Shown in pieces: positions 18,946-28,835 of a stretch of DNA of 64,000 bases. The stretch's first letter is position 1. Every line of letters begins with the position of its first letter. Source of the stretch: Acidobacteriota bacterium (GTDB lineage Bacteria; Acidobacteriota; Terriglobia; Terriglobales; SCQP01); assembly GCA_027315185.1 (NCBI GenBank), contig DAHUYO010000006.1, positions 395 to 64,394 of the forward strand, in the 5' to 3' direction. The position numbers were made by a program, and so were the translations under genes. Below the pieces are notes generated by a model, which saw only the letters and a program-made list of their open reading frames with translations, had not been told where the DNA came from and searched no databases.

Positions 18946-21900
18946 GTGGATCCGAATACCGTTGCCGCGCTGCGTAGTTTTACCTTGGACGCCAGGGCCT
19001 TCCTCGAGCAGGAGGCCAGCGAACAGCTCGAAGGCCTTTATGGCTGGATCCCTGGCGGCGACATCAGCCCGGCCAAGCACTACCCCGCCCTCACGGCCCA
19101 CGCGGAGGCCAAGGAGACCCGCCGCCGCCTGGAGCAGTTCCTCGCCGACGAGGGCGCCGCCGGCCTCAACCCCAAGGCGGCGCGCGCCAAGCTGGTGAAG
19201 GAAGCCGCCTTCACTTGGCTCAACCGCTTTGTCGCCTTCAGGCTGATGGAGGGCAGCGGCTTGATCAAGCAGACCGTCTCGCGCGGCGCCGAATCCAACG
19301 CCTTCAAGCTCTGGCTCACCGAGGCGGCCAACGCGCCCTGGCTGGCGGAGTACGAGCGCGGCGACCTCCCCAAGGACGAGATCGGCGAGGGTCCCCGCGC
19401 ACGCGCCTATCGCCGGTTCCTGCTCGCCCAATGCGCCAGGCTGGCGGAGGAGATCCGCGTCCTTTTCGACCCCGACGACCTGCCCAGCCGCCTTTTTCCC
19501 CGCGCTCCCGCCCTCCAGCGCCTGGTCGCCGCCGCCGGCGAAGAGGCCCTCGCGCCGGCCTGGGCCCCGGGCGGCGAGGAGGCCGTGGGCTGGATTTACC
19601 AATCGTTCAACGCTCGCGAGCTGGAGAGCGCCTTCCGCGAAGCGCGCACCTCCGGGAGGAAGTTTCAGAAGGAAGACATCGCCTCGGTCACGCAGCTGTT
19701 CACGCCACGCCTGGCGGTCAGTTTTCTGGTCGAGAACACGCTTGGACGCCTATGGCTCGAGATCCACCCCGACACCAGGCTGGCTCCCGGCTGGACCTGC
19801 CTCGCGCAGCCGCCCGGCGCCGCCGGGGCGACGCCCCGGCTCGCCCGAGAAATCACCTTCATGGACCCCGCGTGCGGCACAATGCATTTCGGGCTTGTCG
19901 CCTTTGACCTTTTCGCCGCGATGTACCAGGAGGAGATCGCCCGTGCCGGCGAGCCCGGCTGGCCTGCCACCCCGTCGGTCGCCAGCCAGCAGGAGATCCC
20001 CGCCGCCATCATCGCCAACAACCTCTTCGGGGTCGACATAGACCTACGGGCGGTCCAGCTGGCGGCACTGGCGCTTTACCTCCGCGCCAAACGGCTGGGC
20101 CCAGGCGCCGTCATACGCGACACGAACCTCGCTGTAGGCGGTGTCGAGGTCCTCGGCGGGCGCCGCCTCGAGAGGTTCCTCGCCGCAGCGGGCTTCGACG
20201 AGCCCGCCTACGAGGAGCTGACCCGCGCCGCATGGTCGGAGCTCGAGGCCGCGGAACAGCTCGGCAGCCTCCTCCGCCCGGAGCGGATCGTGGAAAGCGC
20301 CGTGGGATCGGCGAAGAAAGCGCGCGGGCCGGAACTGCCTCTCTTCGATGGGCTCTGGCAGAACCTCGCCGCGGCGGTCGCAAAGTCGCTCGATGAGTTC
20401 GCGCGCGGGGAGGCGGCCGCGGGCCGGCAGGCGACCTTCTTCGCGGGCGAGGGCGCGAGGGGCCTTCGCCTCCTCGACCTTCTTGCCCGCCAGTACGACG
20501 TCGTCGCGACCAACCCGCCGTACATGTCAAGCCGCAAGATGAACCCGACGCTGAAGGGCCTGGTCGCCAAGCATTTCCCATCCGCGAAAGGCGACCTGTA
20601 CGCGGCCTTCGTCGAGCGCTGCCTCGAGCTCGCCGGCCAGGGGGGCCGAGTCGGTATGCTCTCGATGCACTCTTTCATGTTTATCAGCTCCTACGAGCCG
20701 CTGCGTGGGCGGATCGCGAAGCGGGCCGCGATAGAAGCCCTCGCGCATTTCGGGCCGGGGCTCTTCGCGGTGGGCAACCCGGGCACCCTGCAGACCGCTG
20801 CGTACGCCCTGCGCCGCGAGCCGGACGCCGAGCGGCGCAAAGAGGCGGTGGGCACCTATTTCCGGCTGGTAAAAGAGCGGGACGCGCAGGCCAAGCAGAA
20901 GGCTTTCGAGGAATCGCTCGTCCGCCTCAAAAGCGGCCAGCCGGATCCGCGCGTCTTTCATTACCGCCAAGCCGACTTCGACGCCATCCCCGGCAGCCCC
21001 TGGGTCTATTGGATCACCCCCGGCCTGCGCCGCCTGTTCAAAGATTCGCCCCAGATGGCCTCGCTCTGCCAGCCGAAGATTGGAATGAGGACCGGGGACA
21101 ATCCCCGGTTCCTGCGCTATTGGTGGGAGGTCGGGCGCGGCGCCGTGGGCTTTGGGGCGGCCGACGCCAAGGGCGCGCTGCGGTCGGGCAAGGGGTGGTT
21201 CCCCTATATGAAGGGCGGCGCCTTCCGCAGGTGGTACGGGAACCAGGATCGGGTCGTCCGCTGGGCGGGCGACGGCGAGGAGATCAAGGAGAACACGCGG
21301 AGGCAATACCCGAGCCTCGGGGAGAACCTTGGGTGGAAGATCAGCAACGAGGGGTGCTATTTCCGCCGCGGCGTGACCTACTCCTACCTGACCGCCGGCC
21401 GTTTCAGCGCCCGGCTTTCTCCTGGTGGGTTCATTTTCGACGTCGCCGGTTCGTCGCTCTTCCCGGACGACGTGCCGCCCACCCTCGCGGTGATGAACTC
21501 GGAATTCGCGGCCTACGCGCTGTGCCTGATCAACCCCACCGTGAATTTCCAGGTCGGGGACATCGCCAGGCTGCCGATGCCGAGGCTATCGAGCCAGGCC
21601 CTCGAGCGCCTGGTCAATGAGGCCATCGCCCTGGCTCGCGCCGACAGCGAGGAGGACCAGACCACCTACGACTTTATCGCCCCGCCCGCCTGGCCCGGCG
21701 GCGCGGCTGACGTCGCCGCGCGCCACACGCGATTGGCGGAGATTGAGAGGGAACTGAACGAGGAGGTGTATCGCCTTTACGGCGTCGGCGCCGAGGACCG
21801 CGCGGCAATTGAGCGCGAGCTGGCGAAAAACGCCGGCGCGCCGGACGAGCGCGGCGAGGGCGAAGACAATGGCGAGGAGGGCGAAGACGGCGGCGAGGAG

Positions 21901-22791
21901 GCGGAGGCGGCAGGGGCCGAGGGTATGGGGCTGGCGCCGGAGGAATTGGCGCGGCGTTGGATCAGCTACGCTGTCGGCGTCGTGCTCGCCCGGTTCGACG
22001 TGGGAAAGGATGGTGGGTTGGGCCGTGGCCGCTTCCCGCCAAAAACCAACGACGCCCTGCGGCAGCTAGCCGCGCCCCGCGGCCTGCTGGTCCAGGACCC
22101 AGGCCATCCCGACGACTTCGCCCATCGCGTGCTTGCCGCCCTGCGCGTCATGCTCGGCCCGGACGCAGCCGACGACGCCGTCCACGCCGCCACCGGCACC
22201 GCCCGCCCGGCGGAAGACGCCCTGCGGGATTACCTGCCGCGCGCCTTCCTGAAATGGCATATTCAGGCGTATCGCAAACGCCCGGTCTATTGGCTGCTGG
22301 AGTCGCCCGCCCGCGCCTACGGCGTTTGGCTGTTTCATGAGCGGTTGGCGAAAGACACCCTGCTGCGCGTGCAGGCCGATTACCTGAATCCGAAAATCCG
22401 CCGCCTGGAGGGCGAGCTGAAGGGGATCAAGCAAAAGGAGGAGAACGCCGCCGGAACCGAAAAACGGCGGCTGAAATCCCAGGCGGACACCTGCATGGAC
22501 CTGCTCAACGACCTGCGCGAATTTCAGAAACGCCTCGACGACGCGGTCCAGGGCGGCTATGCGCCCCACCGCGACGACGGCGTCCTGCTGAACCTGGCGC
22601 CGCTCCGGGAACTGATCCCGGCGTGGTCGGCGGAGCCCCGCAAGGCATGGCAGGCGTTGCAGAAGGGCGAGTACGATTGGGCGCGCCAAGCGATGGCGTA
22701 TTGGCCGGACCGCGTGCGGGCGAAGTGCAAGAACAACCGCTCGTTCGCCATCGCCCACGGCCTTGAAAAGGCGGAGGCGGCCGGTGGCTAG
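18946..22791 (+). CDS. pglX: BREX N6-adenine DNA methyltransferase PglX
   Basis: 1281 aa. Catalytic 'VVATNPPYMSSRK' (NPPY). GTG start. Canonical position. Confidence 0.9.
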   Translation: MDPNTVAALRSFTLDARAFLEQEASEQLEGLYGWIPGGDISPAKHYPALTAHAEAKETRRRLEQFLADEGAAGLNPKAARAKLVKEAAFTWLNRFVAFRLMEGSGLIKQTVSRGAESNAFKLWLTEAANAPWLAEYERGDLPKDEIGEGPRARAYRRFLLAQCARLAEEIRVLFDPDDLPSRLFPRAPALQRLVAAAGEEALAPAWAPGGEEAVGWIYQSFNARELESAFREARTSGRKFQKEDIASVTQLFTPRLAVSFLVENTLGRLWLEIHPDTRLAPGWTCLAQPPGAAGATPRLAREITFMDPACGTMHFGLVAFDLFAAMYQEEIARAGEPGWPATPSVASQQEIPAAIIANNLFGVDIDLRAVQLAALALYLRAKRLGPGAVIRDTNLAVGGVEVLGGRRLERFLAAAGFDEPAYEELTRAAWSELEAAEQLGSLLRPERIVESAVGSAKKARGPELPLFDGLWQNLAAAVAKSLDEFARGEAAAGRQATFFAGEGARGLRLLDLLARQYDVVATNPPYMSSRKMNPTLKGLVAKHFPSAKGDLYAAFVERCLELAGQGGRVGMLSMHSFMFISSYEPLRGRIAKRAAIEALAHFGPGLFAVGNPGTLQTAAYALRREPDAERRKEAVGTYFRLVKERDAQAKQKAFEESLVRLKSGQPDPRVFHYRQADFDAIPGSPWVYWITPGLRRLFKDSPQMASLCQPKIGMRTGDNPRFLRYWWEVGRGAVGFGAADAKGALRSGKGWFPYMKGGAFRRWYGNQDRVVRWAGDGEEIKENTRRQYPSLGENLGWKISNEGCYFRRGVTYSYLTAGRFSARLSPGGFIFDVAGSSLFPDDVPPTLAVMNSEFAAYALCLINPTVNFQVGDIARLPMPRLSSQALERLVNEAIALARADSEEDQTTYDFIAPPAWPGGAADVAARHTRLAEIERELNEEVYRLYGVGAEDRAAIERELAKNAGAPDERGEGEDNGEEGEDGGEEAEAAGAEGMGLAPEELARRWISYAVGVVLARFDVGKDGGLGRGRFPPKTNDALRQLAAPRGLLVQDPGHPDDFAHRVLAALRVMLGPDAADDAVHAATGTARPAEDALRDYLPRAFLKWHIQAYRKRPVYWLLESPARAYGVWLFHERLAKDTLLRVQADYLNPKIRRLEGELKGIKQKEENAAGTEKRRLKSQADTCMDLLNDLREFQKRLDDAVQGGYAPHRDDGVLLNLAPLRELIPAWSAEPRKAWQALQKGEYDWARQAMAYWPDRVRAKCKNNRSFAIAHGLEKAEAAGG

Positions 22792-25363
22792 GGTTTCGGG
22801 CGAGCTGCGGCGCATAATCGAGGCCCAGCTCGCCGCCCGCGGCATCGTGGTCTGGTACGACGCGGAGAGGGCCTACGAGCAGTGGGTTGGGTCCCTCGCG
22901 CTGCCCGACGCGCCGGTGCTGCGGTACGAGTCCAGCTTTTTCGCGCTAAAAGCCGCGCTGGAGCCGTTCCTCGAATGGGTCGCCGCCGACGGCCGGCCCG
23001 ATCCCGGCGGCCACGTCCCGCGCCGCGTCCTGGTCTACGTTCCGCTCAGCCAGGACCAGTCGCATTACGCCCTGGTCGAAGCCGAAACCGCCGGCGCGGT
23101 CCTGCAGCCCGGCGCGCAGCCGCGGCAAGACACGCGGCTGAAGACCATCGCCGAGCGGGTATTCCGGGAAGTTGACCCCCAGCAGGCGGCGGAAGTTGGA
23201 CTCCAGGTGGAACGCGGCGCCTACGGCCTCGCGGAGCTGGACCGGATGGCGGAGCAGCAGGGCTCCGCCGCCGACGCGGGACTCCGCCTGATTTTCAACA
23301 CGGCCTCGCCCACCGAGGTGGCGCTGGCCTTTGCCCAGGATGGCCGCTACGATGCCGCCATCACCGCCAAGCAGGCGATGCCGCCGCTGGCCGCTCTGCT
23401 GGAGGCGGAGTTCGGCGTCGCCCTGAAGCCCAGCACCGCTCCGGCAGCCGCCCGCGCCGAGGTCCGCCGGCGCCTGCTGGCTGGCGATCTTCTGGCCGGC
23501 ATCCCGTCCGCGCAGCGCCCCCGCCAGCTCACGGCGCTTGCTCCGGGGGACGAGGCGCAGCTCGGGCGCTGCCGCCAGGTCTGCGAACATTGGCGCAACC
23601 GCGTGGACGCGCGGGAAGAATATTCCCACGCGGCCCGCCAGGTTGAGGCGGAGGTCCGCTTCCCATCTCTGTCCATCCCCGTGGCCGCCCTGGCGGCGAG
23701 TGAAACGTTTCCATCCGCCGAGGAAGTGCTGCTGGCGGAGGCGGAGGGTCGGATCACCGCCGGCGAGCTCCGCCCGGCGCTGGAGCTGGCGGAGGCTCGT
23801 CTCCGCTACTTTTGGGCGACCGCTGAGCCCGCCTTCGGCCTACAGTGGGCGTTCCTCGCGTCGGCCTGCCGCGCCGGACTTCTCGCCTCCACCGTCCGCG
23901 CTGCGCTGAAGCCGGCCCAGCGCGACGCCGACGGCCTTCTGGCGGCTTACGCGGCGGGCCCCGAGCCCTGGTGCCTGTTGGATACGTATTATCGCCAGAT
24001 GGAATCCTACGACGCCCAGCGCCGCGAAAGAGCCGCGGGGGACCGCGACGGGCTGGACCGCGCCGTTCGCCAGACCCGCCAAACCTACACCGAGGCCGTG
24101 GCGGCGCTGGCTGAGGCCTGGACCGACGCGCTCGCCGCCTCCGCATTCCGCCCCCAAGGCGCGCCGCGCCAAGACCGCGTGTACGCCGACTACGTCGCGC
24201 CGGCTCTCCGCGAAGGCCGCCGGACGGCTTATTTCCTCGTAGACGCCTTGCGTTTCGAGATGGGCCGGGAGCTGGCGTTAAGCCTCGAAAGGGACTTTGA
24301 GGCGGCCCTGTTCCCGACGCTGGCCGTCGCGCCGACGGTTACCGAGGTGGGCATGGCGGCACTGCTCCCCGGCGCCGAGCAGGGGATGGCGCTGGCCAGC
24401 AAGGCGGAAAAGCTAGCCGTGCGGCTGGACGGAGCGGTCCTGCGCGACCGCGCCGGGCGCCTGGCCTACATGCAAAGCCGCGTGGAGGCAAAGCTGCTGG
24501 CGCTCAAGATGTCGGAGATTTCCCGCGCCAAGCGCAAAATTGAGGAGGCCAGCCCCGGCCTGCTGCTGGTCACCTCGCAGGAAATTGACAAGCAAGGAGA
24601 GATGGGCGATGACGACGACGGCGCCCGGGAATACATGAACAATATGCTGGCCAGGCTCAGCCAGGTCATCTCCCGCCTGGCGCAGCTCGGATTCGAACAC
24701 TTTGTCATCGCCGCCGACCACGGGCACTTGTACGGCGAGGCCGGCGAGGCCGGCCTCAAGATGGATCCGCCCGGCGGCCAGACCCTGGCGCTGCGCCGCC
24801 GCGTTTGGGTTGGCCGGGGCGGCGATTCCGGCGCCGGATTCCTCCGTCTCTCGTCCCGCGACCTGGGTCTGGACGGCGAATGGGAGGCGGCGTTTCCGCG
24901 GGGCCTGGGGCTGTTCAAAACCCGCGGCGGTTCGGCGACCTATTTTCACGGCGGGCTGTCCTTGCAGGAAATGCTGATCCCGGTGCTCGTGCTCAAGGCC
25001 AGGGCCCGGCAGCCCGCGGCGCGCGGGGCGCGCGTGGAGCTCGCGCTCGCGCGCGGCAAGGTCACGACGCGATTCTTTTCGCTGACCCTGACGTATCGCG
25101 CCGAGGGGTTGTTCGGCGCGGACGCGGTGGAAGTCAGGCTGGCCGTGACCGCCGGCAGGAGGGAAGCCGGCGCGCCGGTGATGGCCGCGTACGGCTTCAA
25201 CGAGGCTAGCCGGGAGGTTCGCCTCCTGAGGGACCAGCCCAATCCGGTCACCGTCGGCGTGGCCGAGGAGGGAATCACGCGCCTGACCGTTACCGTGCAG
25301 GATGCGGCCACCCAAGTGGAGCTAGGCCGCCTGGAGAACATTGCAGTCGAGATCGCGATCTAG
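22763..25363 (+). CDS. pglZ: BREX alkaline-phosphatase-superfamily protein PglZ (start TTG 22763 or GTG 22784)
   Basis: N-terminal 'IVVWYDAERAY'. PglZ-domain region 'YFLVDALRFEMGREL ... FVIAADHGHLY'. Overlaps the pglX stop. Confidence 0.85.
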   Translation: MKRRRRPVARVSGELRRIIEAQLAARGIVVWYDAERAYEQWVGSLALPDAPVLRYESSFFALKAALEPFLEWVAADGRPDPGGHVPRRVLVYVPLSQDQSHYALVEAETAGAVLQPGAQPRQDTRLKTIAERVFREVDPQQAAEVGLQVERGAYGLAELDRMAEQQGSAADAGLRLIFNTASPTEVALAFAQDGRYDAAITAKQAMPPLAALLEAEFGVALKPSTAPAAARAEVRRRLLAGDLLAGIPSAQRPRQLTALAPGDEAQLGRCRQVCEHWRNRVDAREEYSHAARQVEAEVRFPSLSIPVAALAASETFPSAEEVLLAEAEGRITAGELRPALELAEARLRYFWATAEPAFGLQWAFLASACRAGLLASTVRAALKPAQRDADGLLAAYAAGPEPWCLLDTYYRQMESYDAQRRERAAGDRDGLDRAVRQTRQTYTEAVAALAEAWTDALAASAFRPQGAPRQDRVYADYVAPALREGRRTAYFLVDALRFEMGRELALSLERDFEAALFPTLAVAPTVTEVGMAALLPGAEQGMALASKAEKLAVRLDGAVLRDRAGRLAYMQSRVEAKLLALKMSEISRAKRKIEEASPGLLLVTSQEIDKQGEMGDDDDGAREYMNNMLARLSQVISRLAQLGFEHFVIAADHGHLYGEAGEAGLKMDPPGGQTLALRRRVWVGRGGDSGAGFLRLSSRDLGLDGEWEAAFPRGLGLFKTRGGSATYFHGGLSLQEMLIPVLVLKARARQPAARGARVELALARGKVTTRFFSLTLTYRAEGLFGADAVEVRLAVTAGRREAGAPVMAAYGFNEASREVRLLRDQPNPVTVGVAEEGITRLTVTVQDAATQVELGRLENIAVEIAI

Positions 25364-25375
25364 GAGCCGAAACCA

Positions 25376-27427
25376 ATGGCGCTGGGCACGGAGAAAACAA
25401 CGACGGATCTGGACCAAAAGGCGTCAGCGGTCTTCGCCGGCAAGGTGGTCCGCAAGGACTTGGTGCGCAAGGTCAAGGTCGGCGCCAACGTGCCCGTGTT
25501 CGTGCTCGAGTACCTGCTGGGCAAGTATTGCGCCACGGACGATCCCCAGGCGATCGAGGCCGGCCTGCGGGTGGTGAACTCCACCCTGGCGGAAAATTTC
25601 GTCCGGCCCGACGAGGCCAACAAGGCGCAGTCATTCGTTCGCGAGAAGGGAACCCATTCCCTGATTGACAAGGTCAAGGTCCGATACCTTTCCGACGACG
25701 ACAAATATTGGGCCGAGCTCGTGAATTTCGGCCACCGCTTCGTCCATATCCCCGACCAATACGTCCGCCAATTCGACCGCCTGCTCATGGGCGGGGTCTG
25801 GGCTCAGGTAAAACTCCGGCACCAGTACGACGATTCCGCCAGTGGCAAGAAGAGCCCATTCCGGATCGAAGAACTCCAGCCGATCCAGGTGGCCACCTTC
25901 AGCCTGGACGACTACCGCTCCGCCCGCGCCGCGTTCTCAACCGAGGAGTGGATTGACCTTTTGATCCGTTCCGTCGGCTTGGAGCCGACGGGCTTCGACC
26001 ACCGCCTCAAGCTCCTTCTGCTCACCCGTTTGCTCCCCCTCTGCGAGCCCAACTTCAACCTTGTCGAGCTGGGGCCGCGCGGCACCGGCAAGTCCTACGC
26101 CTATCAGGAGCTGAGCCCCTACGTCATCCTGCTCACCGGCGGCACCACCGTAGCCAATCTGTTTTACAACATGGCCACAAACCGGATGGGCCTGGTCGGA
26201 CTCTGGGACGCGGTGGCCTTCGACGAGGTCGCCGACCTGCAAAAGATGCCCAAGGAAGTCGTCACCACCTTGAAGACGTACTGTGAATCAGGGTCCTTCG
26301 CGCGGGGCAAGGAGTCCCTAACCGGCCACGCCTCAATCGCTCTATTCGGCAACACCAACCAGCCCGTCGAGGTGATGGTGCGCTCTTCCCACCTGTTCGT
26401 CCCGCTTCCCGACGCCATCCGGGAAGACCTCGCCTTTCTGGATCGCCTGCACTTCTACCTGCCCGGATGGGAAATACCCAAAATGCGGGTGGAATTCTTC
26501 ACCGACCACTACGGCTTCGTGGTGGACTACTTGGCCGAGGCGTTGCGCGAGCTGCGGCGGCACAACTTCACCGAGCTGCTCGACCGCCACTACGCGCTCG
26601 GCGCCCATTTGAACGCTCGCGACGTCAAGGCCGTACGAAAGACCGTGGCTGGCCTGGCCAAGCTGATTTACCCGAGCGGCGACGTGACCAAGGAGGGATT
26701 GGGCGAGATCGCCGAGCTGGCGCTGGAGGGCAGGCGCCGGGTGAAGGAGCAGCTCAAGAAGATGGGCTCGTTCGAATACCACCAGACCTCGTTTTCGCTG
26801 ATCGACGCCGAGACCAGGGAGGAGAAATATGTCGGTGTGCCGGAAGAGGGGGGAAGGAATCTAATCTCCGCGGATCCGCTCGCCCCAGGGTCGGTCTACA
26901 CCGCGGCCGTGGATTCCGAGGGCAAGGTGGGCCTTTACCGGCTGGAGGTGGGCTGCTCGCCGGGCACCGGAAAACTGAAAATCAGCGGCGCGGCCGATGG
27001 AGAGATGAAAGAGGCGATCCAGCGCGCGTTCGCCTACCTGCGCGGGCACAAGGTGGAGATGGGCATCGCGCAGGCCCTCGACACGACGGATTTCCACGCC
27101 GAGGCGATTGACCTGCTCGGCAACTACGTCCCCTGCGACGCCGGCGTCGCGCTCGTGGTCGCTGTCTATTCGGCCCTCAAGAAACAACCGGTCCTGCCCG
27201 CGCTCCTCGTGCTCGGCGACCTGAGCATCCAGGGCAACATCAAGCCTACCCACTCGCTCGCCGAGCCCCTACGCATCGCCATGGACAACGCCGCCCGCCG
27301 GGCGCTGATCCCGCTGGAGAACAAGCGCCATTTCCTTGAGGTCCCCGCCGATATCGTCGAGCGCGTGGATCCCATCTTCTTCGGCGACCCCATGACCGCA
27401 GCGCTCAAGGCCCTGGGAATGAACTGA
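25376..27427 (+). CDS. brxL: BREX Lon-like protease BrxL
   Basis: N-terminus 'FAGKVVRKDLVRKVKVGANVPVFVLEYLLGKYCATDDP'. AAA-like 'LGPRGTGKSY'. C-terminal Lon protease-like domain. Last gene of type 1 BREX. Confidence 0.9.
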   Translation: MALGTEKTTTDLDQKASAVFAGKVVRKDLVRKVKVGANVPVFVLEYLLGKYCATDDPQAIEAGLRVVNSTLAENFVRPDEANKAQSFVREKGTHSLIDKVKVRYLSDDDKYWAELVNFGHRFVHIPDQYVRQFDRLLMGGVWAQVKLRHQYDDSASGKKSPFRIEELQPIQVATFSLDDYRSARAAFSTEEWIDLLIRSVGLEPTGFDHRLKLLLLTRLLPLCEPNFNLVELGPRGTGKSYAYQELSPYVILLTGGTTVANLFYNMATNRMGLVGLWDAVAFDEVADLQKMPKEVVTTLKTYCESGSFARGKESLTGHASIALFGNTNQPVEVMVRSSHLFVPLPDAIREDLAFLDRLHFYLPGWEIPKMRVEFFTDHYGFVVDYLAEALRELRRHNFTELLDRHYALGAHLNARDVKAVRKTVAGLAKLIYPSGDVTKEGLGEIAELALEGRRRVKEQLKKMGSFEYHQTSFSLIDAETREEKYVGVPEEGGRNLISADPLAPGSVYTAAVDSEGKVGLYRLEVGCSPGTGKLKISGAADGEMKEAIQRAFAYLRGHKVEMGIAQALDTTDFHAEAIDLLGNYVPCDAGVALVVAVYSALKKQPVLPALLVLGDLSIQGNIKPTHSLAEPLRIAMDNAARRALIPLENKRHFLEVPADIVERVDPIFFGDPMTAALKALGMN

Positions 27428-27431
27428 CGCC

Positions 27432-27714
27432 GGGCTCGCGCGCCGATCCGCTCTGGGCGCCGGCGTCGTTTGTGTTTCCCGAGCTCCGCCCGGCTTTGGA
27501 GCATACCTCCCGCGACACCGCCGCCGCCGCGCTGGTCTCCAAATATCTGTGGCTGATGGTCGCCGCCACCGAGGACGACGCGGCCGCGTTTTTCGGCCCG
27601 CTATTTTCCCTCAGCCGCCTGCGCGGCCTGCTCGGCGCCTTGGTCGCCGCCGGCGCCCTGCTGCCCGCCTCCGTGGACGGCCGTCCCGGCTTCCAAGTCG
27701 CCCCCGGCGCGTAG
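27432..27714 (+). repeat. Right copy of the 283-bp direct repeat
   Basis: See 12637-12919. Confidence 0.9.
27432..27714 (+). pseudogene. Orphan 3' fragment (last ~93 codons) of the 12257-12919 gene
   Basis: Same reading frame and same stop as the full-length copy, but no 5' part. The 27472 'ATG' ORF in the track is just this fragment. Confidence 0.7.
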
Positions 27715-27806
27715 CGCCTCGGCCGCCGCGTTCAGCCTGCATTAACGCCGCCTCCCCTAGCTTTAAGGCTGGCGCAATTGCGCCGGCAATTGGAGGAATG
27801 GAAGCA

Positions 27807-28163
27807 ATGAAATCCCTAGTTTCGTCAACGTGCCGCGCCGCAGGGCTGATCCTGGGCGCGGGCCTGCTCATGTCGCTACCGCTGTTGGCCCAAAGCCAGA
27901 GCCAGCTCCGCGCGCAGGCCAAGATCGCCTACCGCCAGGCCCGCCACACCGCCCTGGTGAAGGAGCCCGGCCGCATCCTGAGCCATGAGTTGGAGCATGA
28001 GGACGGGCGCGTGATCTACACCTTCACCATCCACAACCGCCATGGCTACCATGAGGTCAACGTGGACGCCCGCACCGGCCGCTTGCTCGAGGACAGCCGC
28101 GAAAGCCGCGCCGAGGCGCTCGATGATATTCGCGAGTCCCGCCACGACCGTCAGCGGCACTAA
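27807..28163 (+). CDS. Small secreted PepSY-domain protein
   Basis: Signal peptide 'MKSLVSSTCRAAGLILGAGLLMSLPLLAQS'. PepSY-like 'AKIAYRQARHTALVKEPGRILSHELEHEDGRVIYTFTIHNRHGYHEVNVDARTGRLL'. GGAGG at 27792-27796 favours the ATG at 27807 over 27798. Confidence 0.65.
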   Translation: MKSLVSSTCRAAGLILGAGLLMSLPLLAQSQSQLRAQAKIAYRQARHTALVKEPGRILSHELEHEDGRVIYTFTIHNRHGYHEVNVDARTGRLLEDSRESRAEALDDIRESRHDRQRH

Positions 28164-28214
28164 TCGCCGCCAACCGGCGGGGCCCGAATGTCCTGCACGC
28201 CCCGCCGGTTTTCG

Positions 28215-28835
28215 TTACTTCCGCGCCAACTTCCGGCCGTTGCCGGCGCCGTGCTGCTGGGCCCACGCCAGCAGCGCGCGCGCCGCCTGGCCGCGATGGG
28301 AAAAGCGCGCCTTGACCTCCGCCGGCAGTTCGCCGAACGCGCAGCCCGCCGCCGGGGAATAAAACAGCGGATCGTAGCCGAACCCGTTGGCTCCCCGCTC
28401 GGCGCTCAGAATGGTTCCCTCGGCCCGCCCGGTGAACGTCGCCGCCACCCGTCCCTGCCGCGCCACCGCCAGCACGCAGACAAACGCTGCTTGCCGCCGC
28501 GCGCTGGGCACGCCCTCCAGCCGCCGCAGCAACAGCGCGTTATTGTCCTCGTCGCTGGCGCCCTCGCCGGCAAACCGCGCGGAATAGATCCCCGGCGCGC
28601 CATTCAGCGCCGCCACCTCCAACCCGGAATCATCCGCCAGTACCCACTCCTCGCCGCCCCAGGCGCGGCTGTACTCCGCGGCTTTTTTGCGCGCATTGGC
28701 GGCAAAGCTGTCCCCATCCTCGATCACCGGCGGCAACCGGGCGAAACCCGGCAGCAACGCCACCTCTAGGGCCGGGGCCATGCCGGCGAAGTCCCGCAGC
28801 TTGCCGGGATTGCCGGACGCCAGCCAGACCCTCAT
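28215..28835 (-). CDS. rdgB: Non-canonical purine NTP pyrophosphatase (RdgB/HAM1)
   Basis: '[16 protein letters not shown]...' and 'GFGYDPLF' motifs. 4-nt ATGA overlap with the rph stop. Confidence 0.9.
   Translation of the reverse strand: MRVWLASGNPGKLRDFAGMAPALEVALLPGFARLPPVIEDGDSFAANARKKAAEYSRAWGGEEWVLADDSGLEVAALNGAPGIYSARFAGEGASDEDNNALLLRRLEGVPSARRQAAFVCVLAVARQGRVAATFTGRAEGTILSAERGANGFGYDPLFYSPAAGCAFGELPAEVKARFSHRGQAARALLAWAQQHGAGNGRKLARK

Larger units (their letters stand above)
12920..27431 (+). mobile_element. ~14.5-kb defence island (type 1 BREX cassette) bounded by direct repeats; no integrase or transposase visible
   Basis: Everything between the two repeat copies is BREX genes plus ~240 bp of leader. 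The right repeat begins 4 nt after the brxL stop. Confidence 0.6.

Noticed and set aside
20640-20645. G6 tract inside pglX as a possible phase-variation switch (as in the Streptomyces Pgl G-tract)
   Set aside because: At only six G's it is too short to be a convincing slippage tract in a high-GC genome. No other homopolymer or SSR was seen in pglX.
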